DNA from: Hemiscyllium ocellatum
Lineage: Eukaryota
Length of the DNA: 64,000 nucleotides
Assembly: GCF_020745735.1 (NCBI RefSeq)
Contig: NC_083408.1
Location: forward strand, 14,756,484-14,820,483
Reading direction: 5' to 3'
This document shows positions 1 through 9,779 of the stretch, piece after piece (position 1 is the stretch's first letter; each line of letters opens with the position of its first letter). Made by a program: the position numbers and the translations under genes. The notes beneath the pieces are model-generated. The model saw only the letters and a program-made list of their open reading frames with translations. It did not search any database and was not told where the DNA came from.

Positions 1-1019
1 GTATGTGCGAGAACAGATATGCAGTGAGTGTGAGGGAGCAGACAGAACACGGTGACCTTATCCTGACAGAGCGGGGAAGGTTCTTGATGCATGTCCTGTA
101 TTGCTGGACATTTCTTCAGAACGCAGATACTGCACTGAGCTGGGTGGTGATGTCAAACCACGCTCGGTGGGTCTGGTGGTGCGGCTCCCTCTGGGAAGAG
201 AATGGTCTCCCTCTGTTCTAGCCCATCCACCAGGACTTCCGTGCCTCTGTCAATAAACCGTTGTGTAATTGCCCTTATCTGCCATGCACGGGGTAAACTG
301 TACAGGGTAGCTCCTAACGGAGAAAGCTCAACCATGTGCCCATTGGCCTTTTAAAGATGGCACCAATGTCAGGGGTCACCGAATATCCAGGATTACCCGG
401 GGGATGATGAGTACCTCCAGTCATGATGGGTGGGAGAATCGGGCTGGCATTGAATGAGAGACACACCATGGGGTGGGTTGGGTAGCTAATGAGGTGAGTT
501 CTATATGATAGCACCAGGAAACTACCTCAGCCTCGTACAGATAATCCCTCTGTCACAATCAAGGAAAATCAAACAAATATAAATTATTGTTAGAATCTGA
601 CCAATGATTCATAGGTTCTATTGAAACCAATTCCAGTTACAAAGACGCAGAAAAAATGCTCATCTGACTTCACACCAATATACGTTTTTCCCATCTTTCC
701 TGGGAAGACAGGCTCATGTTTCAGGATGTCATTGAAGTGTCTACATTTCAGCATTCCGAAACCTGGGAATACATCCTTCCATGACACTGTCTCTCAGTTT
801 CCCCCTCTCTGTCTATTTCCCAAACCCCTCCGATGTGGTGATATTTAAACTGATTCCCCCACCATCTCTCTCTCTCTCTCTGGCTTCACACCCACACAAC
901 CCCCTTGTCATGTGACAATGGAGATATGGAGTTAGAAATGGGTGAGAGCTGGGCATCCTGTCACTTCCAACATGGGCTGCAAGTTTCCCCATGCTGGGCA
1001 GGGATCTAACACAGTGTTA

Positions 1020-2095
1020 CTGAGCAATGCACTGGGGTGGGGTACACAGTCCTACATTCTGGGAGGGTAACTGCTCCAGGGTTACATATCAATGCACTGT
1101 GGTGGTGAACAGAGCTCGACGTGCTGGAAAGGTAAATGCTACTATGTTGCAGATCAATGCACTGGGGTGATGTACACAGTCCTGCATGCTGGGAGGGTAA
1201 CTGCTCCTGGTTCACAGATCAATGCGCGGGAGTGGTGAACACAGTCCTACATGCTGGGAGGGTAACTGCTCCTGGTTTCCAGATCAATGCACTGGGGTAT
1301 GGTACACAGTCCTACATGCTGGAAGGGTAACTGCTGCTGGGGTACAGATCAATGCACTGGGCTGGGTTACATAGTCCTATATGCTGGGAGGAAACTGCTC
1401 CTGGTTTACAGATCAATGCACTGGGGTGGGGTACACAGTCCTACATGCTGGAAGGGTAACTGCTCCTGGTTTACAGATCAATGCACTGGGGTGGGGTACA
1501 CAGTCCTACATGCTGGGAGGGTAACTGCTCCTGGGTTACAGATCAATGCAACTGGGGTGGGGTACACTGTCCTACATGCTGGGAGGGTGACTGCTCCTAG
1601 TTTAAAGATCAATGCACTGGGGTGGTGTCCACAGTCCTACATGCTGGGAGGGTAACTGCTCCTGGGTTACAGATCAATGCACTGGGGTATGGTACACAGT
1701 CCTACATGCTGGGAGGGTAACTGCTCCTGGGTTACAGATCAATGCAACTGGGGTGGGGTACACTGTCCTACATGCTGGGAGGGTGACTGCTCCTACTTTA
1801 AAGATCAATGCACTGGGGTGGTGTACACAGTCCTACATGCTGGGAGGGTAACTGCTCCCCTTTTACAGATTAATTTATGGGTGATTACTGCACAGTTCCC
1901 TGTGCTGGTCAGACTAACTGGTTGAGGTTCATAGATAATGCACTGGTGTAGTCCCTGCAGTTCCACATATCGGATGGATATTTCTTTCAGGTTCACACAT
2001 TAATGCACTGCTGATTTCTGCACAGCTCCCGGTTCTGGACAGGTGCCTAGTCCGGGTTTATAGATCAATGCACTGCTGTGGTCTACACATCTCCC
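1020..2095. repeat. 65-bp minisatellite (about 13 good copies to ~1875, then decayed copies)
   Basis: Unit AGATCAATGCACTGGGGTGGGGTACACAGTCCTACATGCTGGGAGGGTAACTGCTCCTGGTTTAC; AGATC starts at 1410 and 1475 (65 apart); explains the repetitive ORFs at 1006-1996. Confidence 0.95.
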
Positions 2096-2259
2096 TGCAT
2101 TCTTGTGTATCAGCTTTGAAATGCTGAATGTTCCCTTCCATTTCCTGTGTAACAGGTATGAGAGATAAAAGGATCTGATCTAATCGCTGAGTAACAGCCT
2201 CCAATGTCTGAATGGCTTCATTCTGTTCCTGTTTATAACTCCTGATGGGCTGAATGGCC

Positions 2260-2765
2260 TGCTTCAGTATCGGTGAAGTTGTGAATGGTGCTGAATATTT
2301 TGAAAGCATCAGTGAACAGCCCATTTCTGAACTTTACGATGGAGGGAAGGCCATTGATATTGCGGTTGCTGCTCGCCCACAGTACCTCATGGATGGCCAG
2401 TTTCCATGCGCACAGTCCTTTAGAAGTATGTCCTACTTCACAGGAGGGAGTGCCACATAACACAGTGAGCAGTACGCCTAATATGATTTATCTCTCCATC
2501 CCAGAGGCTGTCAGCCTCATTCGTGATGAAGGTCTGCTGCCCGAAACGGTGATTTTCCTGCTCCTATCACTGAGTTATCATCGAGAGGAGGGCTGGGTGG
2601 CAGGAGATAACCATCATCAAACGATTTCCTTGACCATGTGTGATCTGTTACCATGAGATTTCCTGAGTTCTGGAATCAATGTTGGGGAATTGCAGGCTAA
2701 CTCTTTCCCTGAATGTATCCCAGGGTATCCCCACCACTGGTGGGTCTGTCCTGCCGGTGGGACAG
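2260..2765 (-). mobile_element. Decayed CR1/L2-group LINE remnant (endonuclease piece next to RT piece)
   Basis: Minus-strand INGLPSIVKFRNGLFTDAFKIFSTIHNFTDTEA resembles the RT ...FINDLPS...FADD... region; RQDRPTSGG near 2760 resembles the endonuclease region. Confidence 0.7.
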
Positions 2766-2806
2766 AATATACCTAGGGATGGTGATGGGGCTTCATGAAA
2801 CGTTCT

Positions 2807-3130
2807 GGGTGGCATGGTGACACGGTGGTTAGTACTGTTGCCTCACAGCGCCAGAGACCCGGGTTAATTCCAGTCTCAGGTGACTGATTGTGTGGAGTTT
2901 GCACATTCTCCCCGTGTCTGCATGGGTTTCCTCTGGGTGCTCCGGTTTCCTCGCACAGTTCAAAGATGTGCAGGTTAGTTGAATTGACCATGCTAAATTG
3001 CCCGTAGTGTTAGGTGAAGGGGTAAATGTAGGGGAATGAGTCTGAGTGGGATGCTCTTCGGCGGTTCGGTGTGGACTTGTTGTGCTGAAGGGCCTGTTTC
3101 CACACTGTAAGATAATCTAATCTAACCTAA
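2807..3130 (+). mobile_element. tRNA-derived shark SINE (HE1-like)
   Basis: A-box-like TGGTTAGTAC, B-box-like GGTTAATTCC, core TGTGTGGAGTTTGCACATTCTCCCC, LINE-like tail GGGCCTGTTTCCACACTGTA and (ATCTA)n end. Confidence 0.9.
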
Positions 3131-3189
3131 ATTACCCATCAGGCCTGATCCTCTGAGTATGACGGTGTTGGATTGTTTCCTGACTGGGA

Positions 3190-3548
3190 GTGTGGTGCTG
3201 GAAAGGCACAGCAGGTCAGGCAGCATCCGAGGAGCGGGGAATGAACGTTTCAGGCATAAACCCTTCATCAGGAATGAGGCTTGTGGGCCGGGGAGCTGAG
3301 GGATAAATGGGAGGGGGCTAGGTAGGAGCTGGGGAGGGGGCTAGGTAGGAGCTGGGGCCGGGGCCGGGGCTCGGGCTAAGGCTGGAGCTGGGGCTGGGGT
3401 TGGGGATGGGGCTAAGGCTGGAGTTGGAGCTGGGGCTGGGGCGAAGGTAGCTGGGAATGTGATCGGGAGACGGAGGTGGGGGAGAGGTGATAGGTCAGAG
3501 AGGAGGGTGGAGTGGATGGGGGAGGGGAAGGTCATGGAAAGGTCAAGG
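3190..3548 (-). mobile_element. Penelope-like element terminal fragment with internal (GGGGCT)-type expansion
   Basis: Reverse complement matches the terminus of the element at 56035-57302 (CATTCCTGATGAAGGG...GGATGCTGCCTGACCTGCTGTGCCTTTCCAGCACCAC). Confidence 0.8.
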
Positions 3549-4177
3549 TATTCCCCGGAACGTTCTATCTCCGACGTTCTATAACTGCCATTCCCCGGAA
3601 TGTTTTGTCCCTGACATTGTTTGTGAACGGCCGGACGTCAGTGAATTGAACAAATCATAAGATCCCGAGGTAAGAGATCCCGTTCCAGGGAGAAGGCGAC
3701 ATTGTTTCGAAGGCCCCTTAGGCATTTAAAGGTGTGAATATGTTTTCCCTGCGTTTACATTTCTTCACGACACAGGATCGACCACAATTTATACCAAAAT
3801 ACAGAAATTCCCAAACTCCGTTTGTCTTCAGGAAACTGGGAGAGAATCCTTCAGGACAGCAACGTTTCCATCCTCCGTGTAAGGAACTGGGTAGGAGAGA
3901 CATGTGTCTGGTCTCGAGTGAACGAGTATGTGGGAATGTTCTAGAAACCATCTGTCCTTATGCATGTGTCTCTGTGTGTTTGTGGAGGGAGGGTTTCTTG
4001 TGGTTTGTGTCACATTTTTGTCAGTAATTCCGACCTTCCCATTTGTTATTCCAGCTCCAATTATTTTAAGAAATCTCTGAATACAGGGACACAATGGAAA
4101 ATCTCACTGGGTCCCGATCAAACGGGTCACTTTGCCTCCAGGCTGATGGATAATGGGTTTGTTTTCCTACCTCACAG

Positions 4178-5088
4178 TGAACGTAGTGACCATCTACATC
4201 CTGCTTTATAAAGATTGTGGATTGTCTCCATATGTCAGACGTTACCTGGGGGCCATGGCAGCGGCGGATCTCCTGGTCATTATCCTCGACCTGATCCTGA
4301 TACACATTCCCATTGTTTATAGGGAACAGTTTTATTTCCTGAGGCACTCCATCCACGTGTGTAATATCCACGCCGTCCTGTTTTATGCAGCCACTGACTG
4401 CTCTGCCTGGTTCACTGTCACTTTCACCTTTGATCGGTTTGTGGCCATTTGTTGCCAGAAGCTGAAAAGTAAATATTGCAGTGAGAAAACGGCGGCTGTG
4501 GTTCTGGGAGCAGTGACTGTGTTGAGCTGTTTAAAGAACATTTCCTGGTATTTTATGTTCATGGCTCCGTATTCGCTGATGAACGCCCCCTGGTTTTGTG
4601 AGGCAACAGACGCTGTTCGTGATTCAATTGTCTGGGTCACAATCGAGTTCCTCCACCACATTCTAACCCCATGTGTCCCATTTCTCCTGATTCTGCTGCT
4701 CAATGTTCTCACCGTCAGACACATTTTAGTGACTAGCAGAGCCCGCAGGAGACTCCGCGCTCACAGCAATGGGGACGCTCAGTCTGACACAGAAATGAGA
4801 AACCGAAAAAAATCCATCATTCTACTGTTTGTGATCTCGGCCAATTTCATCCTATTATGGTCAATGTTAATGCTGTTTTCTACTTGGAGACGGATGTGGT
4901 TGATTGGGTATCACGCTGTGTCTCTCGATCTCTTTGTGCAGGAATTGGGCTTCATGCTGCAGCTCCTCAGTTGCTGCAGAAATACCGTGATTTATGCAGT
5001 GACCCAGACTAAGTTCAGACAGCAGCTGAAGAATGTGCTGAAGTATCCCTTCACCCAAATCCATCCATCCATCAAGTTCCCTCATTAA
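4178..5088 (+). CDS. 3' coding exon of a GPR139/GPR142-like class A GPCR (end of TM1 through TM7 and stop); upstream exon not located
   Basis: Open frame with LGAMAAADLL (TM2), TFDRFVAIC (DRY-like), KYC, TPCVPF (TM5), SCCRNTVIY (TM7); acceptor TTTTCCTACCTCACAG ends at 4177, phase 1 (x|TG AAC GTA = VNV); in-frame TGA at 4144-4146 closes the frame upstream, so ATG 4153 is probably intronic. Confidence 0.9.
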
Positions 5089-5519
5089 TCACATCATCCG
5101 GGATTTTCTCATTTCAGTTTAGTGTTTCCGCGATGGAGCAGATTGTCGCTGTGGTAACAGATTGAGGGTAGCGCTTGTTTGTCAATCCTTATCCTACAGG
5201 GAGGGTTACAGGGAAACATTTCAATGTTTCTCACAACTCAGGGGCCAGTGAGAAAGGTCACCATCCCACTGACTGTATCAATGACTTCCATTTGTAAATA
5301 ATGAAAATGATAATTAAAGAGTGCCGAGCAGCAGAGTGAACAATGTTGTTGTGTGTCTTTGTGTTGGAGAAGCTGAGCTGCAGTGAGACAGACTCAGCCA
5401 CAAGTCCTGGTCCTGAGGGAAGGGGAGGGCACCACGCCCTGAGCTAAGGAGCTGGGTTTAACTCCCTCTGTCCCTCCGCCACTCCAACCTGGACTCCCCA
5501 TTTCTTCTCCCCTACTCTT

Positions 5520-5536
5520 TCTCATCACTTCTCTGC

Positions 5537-5569
<33 letters not shown>

Positions 5570-5581
5570 CCCCTCTCTCGC

Positions 5582-5612
<31 letters not shown>

Positions 5613-8600
5613 GCATACACTCTCTTTCTGGGAGCAAGAGAGTGGAGTGAACGAAAAGATGCAAGAAAGAGAAGGAGAGAGAGAGAGAGGCGAGAGAAAG
5701 TGTGTGAGGGCAGAGAGAGCGTGATAGCAAGAGAGAGAAGGAGGGGCAAGGACGGGGAGAGAAAAAGTGGGCGAGAGATGGACAGGGATGAGAGGGAGAG
5801 CGCTGGGGCGAGATAGGGACAGAAGTGGCAAGAGAAAGAAAGAGAGAGCGAGAGAGCAAGAGAGAGAGAGGGATCGAGAGATAAAATAGGTGAGAGATAG
5901 AGAGAGGGAGCGAGAGAGGTGCGCTGAGAGAGAAAGAGGTGGTCGAGAGAGTTCAGAGAAGAGAGAGAGCGCGGGAGAGAGAAAGAGACAGAAGGAGAGG
6001 TGACGAGAGAGAGAAAGAGAAGGAATGGAGGTGAGCGAAAGAGTGGAGATGGAAGAGAAAGGAAGGGACGAGTGAAAGCGTGAGAAAGAGAGAGAAAGAG
6101 GAGAGATAGAGGGGGCGAGAGAGGTCAGGCGGTGAGAGAGAAAGGAGAGAAAGAGACAGAGCGAGAGAGTGGGAGGCCGCGAGAGAAGTGGGACAAGACA
6201 GGGGGTGGGGGCGAGAGAGATAGAGGGAGAGAGAGAGACAGAGGCGAGAGACAGAGGGAGGAGGTCGAGAGAGAGGGGACGAGAGAGACGGCGCGCGTCA
6301 GAGAGAGGGGGAGAGAGAGAGATGGCGAGAGGGACAGAGAGAGTGGCGAGAGCGAGAGGGGACGAGAGCGAGTAAGGGGGCGTGAGCGAGAGAGGGGGGC
6401 GAGAGAGAGAGGGAGTGGGGAGGCAGAGGGGGGCGAGAGAGAGTGGTGGCGAGAGAGAAAGAGGGCCGAGAGCGAGAGAGGGGTGTAAGAGAGAGGGGGG
6501 GAGAAAGGGGGGAGGGGGGGGGGAGAAAGACAGAGAGGGGCAAGAGAGGGAAGGAGGTTGGGAGAGAGAGGGCGAGAGCGAGAGAGACGGGGACGAGAGA
6601 GAGGGGCAGGAGCGAGAGGGCGAGAGAGAGAGGGCGAGAGAGAGAAGCGAGAGGGGTGCGACTGAGAGAAATGGGACGAGAGAGTGAGGGCAGCGAGAGA
6701 GAGAGGATCGAGGGAGGGGGGCGAGAGAGAGAGATGGAGAGAGAGGGAGCGAGAGAAGCGAGAGAGAGGGGGTTGAGAGAGAAGGGACGAGAGAGATGGG
6801 GCGAGAGAGAGAGGGCGTGAGGGAGTGGGGGTGAGACAGAGGGGGCGAGAGAAAGAGAGGTGACGAGAGACAGAGAGTAATGGCCGAGGGAGAGAGGGGA
6901 GAGAGAGAGGGGGGCAAGAGATAGCGGGCGAGCAAGAGGGGGCACGAGAGAGAGAGGAGGAGAGAGAGGGGTGAGTGAGAGAGCGGGGGGTTGGGAGAGA
7001 GGGGAGAGTGAGAGAGGGAGGTGAGAGAGAGGGGAGAAAAATGAAGGGGATGAGAGACAGAGGGGAGAGAGAGATGGGACAAGAGAGTGGGGTTGAGAGA
7101 GAGGGGGATGATAGTGGGGGTGAGAGAGAGAAGGGAGAGAGAGGTGAGAGAGAGAGGGTGAGAGAGAGGGGGAAGTAAGAGAGGGGAGAGAGAGAGAATG
7201 GGGTTGAGAGAGAGGGGGTGAGAGTGGGGGTGTGAGAGAGAGGGGAGAGAGAGTGAGGTGTAGGCGACTGAGAGAGAGGGCGAGAGAGAGACGGGCGAGA
7301 GAGAGAGGGGGAGTGAGAGAGGGAGAGAGAGGTGAGACGGGACGAGAGAGAGGATTGGGGGCGAGAGAGGAGTACGAGAGAAAGAGATAGATAGAGAGGG
7401 GGCGAGAAAGAGTGGATGAAAGAGAGGGGCTGGCAGAAATAGGGGGCGAGAGAGAGAGCGGATGAGAGGAGGGGCGAGAGTTAAAGTAATGCGAGAGTGA
7501 GAGAGAGAGGCGAGAGAGAGAGGGGATGAGAGAGGGGGAGAGAAAGAGGGGGCGAGAGAGAGAGAGAGTGAGAGAGAGAGGGCGCGAGAGAGAGGGGGTG
7601 AGGGAGACAGGAAGCGAGAGTGGGGGTGAGAGAGAGGGGGGGAGAGAGAGGGGAGAGTGTGAGAGAGGGGGAGAGTAAGAGAGGGGAGAGAGAGAGAGGG
7701 GGAGAGCAAGAGAGGGGAGAGAGAGAATGGGGTTGAGAAAGAGTGGGTGAGAGTGGAGGTGTGAGAGAGGGGGAGAGAGTGAGGGCTAGGCGACTGAGTG
7801 AGCGGGCGAAAGAGAGAGAGGGGCGAGATAGAGAGGGGGAGAGAGAGAGAGAGACAGGACGAGAGAGAGTATTGGGGGCGAGTGAGGAGGCGAGACAAAG
7901 ATAGAGAGAGAGGGGGCAAGAAAGAGGGGACGAAAGAGAGCGGCCGACAGAGATAGGGGGCGAGAGAGAGCGGATGAGAGGAGGGGCGAGAGTGAAAGTG
8001 AGGCGAGAGTGAGAGAGAGTCGAGAGAGAGGGGTCAAGAGAGGGGACGAGAGAGAGGGCGCGAGAGAGAGGGGACGAGGGAGAGAGGAAGCGAGAGTGTG
8101 GGTGAGAGAGAGGGTGGAGAGAGAGGGGAGAGGGGGGCGAGACGGAGAGGGGGCGAGAGAGAGACGGGGTTGAAAGAGAGGGCAAGGGAGAGAGAGGACG
8201 AGATAGAGAGGGTGAGAAGAGAGAGAGAGAGGGGTTGGCGACAGAGAGAGGGGGCGAGAGAGAGAGGGCGAGAGAAAGGGGGGCGAGAGAGAGAGAGGGG
8301 AGAGTGAGGGAGGGGAGAGAGAGGGGGGCGAGAGAAGGAGCGAGAGAAAGCGGGGAGCGAGAAAGATAAGGGCCGAGAGAGATGGGGGGAGAGAGAGAGG
8401 GGGTGAGAGGAAGTGGGGACGAGAGAGAAAGGGGGCGAGAAAGAGAGGGGGGCGAGAGAGAGAAAGGGGGCTAGAGAGAGAGGTGGGGGCGAGAGAGAGA
8501 AAGGTGGAGAGAGAGTGAGAGAGGGCAAGAGAGAGTGGGGACGAGAGAGAAAGGGGGTGAGAGAGAGAGCGGTGCTGAGATAGTGGGGAAGAGAGGGAGT

Positions 8601-9725
8601 GAGAGAGAGAGAAGGGAGCGAGGGGGTGAGAGAGAGTGTGGGGAGAGAGAGAGATGAGAGATGGGTCCGGGAAGAGAGAGAGGGGGATGAGCGAGAGTGG
8701 GGGCGAGAGATATAGGTGCAAGAGAGAGGGGGTGAGAGAGAGGGAGGGAGAGAGAGAGGGGGTGAGAGTGAGGGGGCAAGAGAGTGAGGGAGCGAGAGAA
8801 AGGCGGAAAGAGAGGGGGGCGAGAGAGAGTGGGCGAGAGAGGGGGGAAAGAGAGAGGGGTGGTGAGACAGATGGGGAGAGGGGGCTGAGAGAGTTGGGTA
8901 GAGTGAGAGAGGGAGTTAAGAGAGAGGGGGAGAGAGAAAAAGGGGATGAGACAAATGGGACAGAGAGAAGGGTCGAGAGAGGGGGTAAGAGAGAAAGTGC
9001 GAGAGGGAGGGTGCGAGAGAGTGGGGTTGAGAGAGAGGGAGGTGAGAGTAGGTGGGGAGAGAGACAGGGGAGAGAGAAGGGGTGAGAGAGAGGGCTGTGA
9101 GAGAGAGGGGGAGAGACATGGGGGCGAGAGAGCGATGGATGGTGAGAGAGAAGGGGAGTGAGAGGGGTGAGAGAGAGGGGAAGAGAGGGGGTAGGGTGAG
9201 AGAGAGAGGGGTGAGGGAGAGGCGTAGAGAGAGAGGGGGGATTGAGAGAGGAGACTAGACAGAAAGGGGGCAAGTGAGAAACGGGGCGAGAGGGAGAGGG
9301 GGTGAGAGAGAAGGGGATGCGAAAGTGTTGGGATGAGAGAGTGGGTGAGAGAGAGAGAATGGGAGCGAGAGGGTCGAGAGAGAGTGGTGGCGAGAGAGTA
9401 ATGGGCGGGAGAGAGTGGGGGGCGAGCGAGAGGGGCAAGAGAGAGAGGGAGATGGCGAGATAGAGGGGCGAGAGAGAGAAGGGGAGAGAGATAGATAGTG
9501 GGGGCAAGAGAGAGGGGCGGTGAGAGAGAGAGGGAGAGAGAGGGAGTGAGACAGAGAGGGGGAGAAAGAGGGAGTGAGAGAGAGGGGAGTGAGAGAGAGG
9601 GGACGAGTCAGAGAGGGTACGAGAGAGAGGATGTGCGGTGGAGAGGGGGCAAGAGAGAGGGTGGTGAGAGAGAAAGGGAGGGCAAGAGAGAGGGGGTGCT
9701 AGACAGAGTCGAGGCCAGGGCTGGC
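5520..9725. repeat. Short (CT)n tract followed by ~4.1-kb degenerate GA-rich polypurine low-complexity tract
   Basis: (CT)n at about 5525-5610, then almost only G/A on + strand; source of the long Ser/Leu/Pro and Arg/Glu ORFs. Confidence 0.97.
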
Positions 9726-9779
9726 GAGAACAGGGTTGGGGATGGGAGTAGTTCCACGGTGGGTCAGTGTTGGACGAGG

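Noticed and set aside
1-850. Short ORFs at the window start as GPCR exon 1 or another gene
   Set aside because: No hydrophobic TM1-like segment ending in a phase-1 donor; the donor at 494 is preceded by an in-frame TGA in that phase
4153-4177. ATG 4153 as the GPCR start
   Set aside because: Lies within a pyrimidine-rich acceptor region, would leave TM1 incomplete, and a phase-1 acceptor at 4177 fits better
4066-5085. Minus-strand ORFs over the GPCR
   Set aside because: Antisense shadows of the real coding exon with no recognisable motifs
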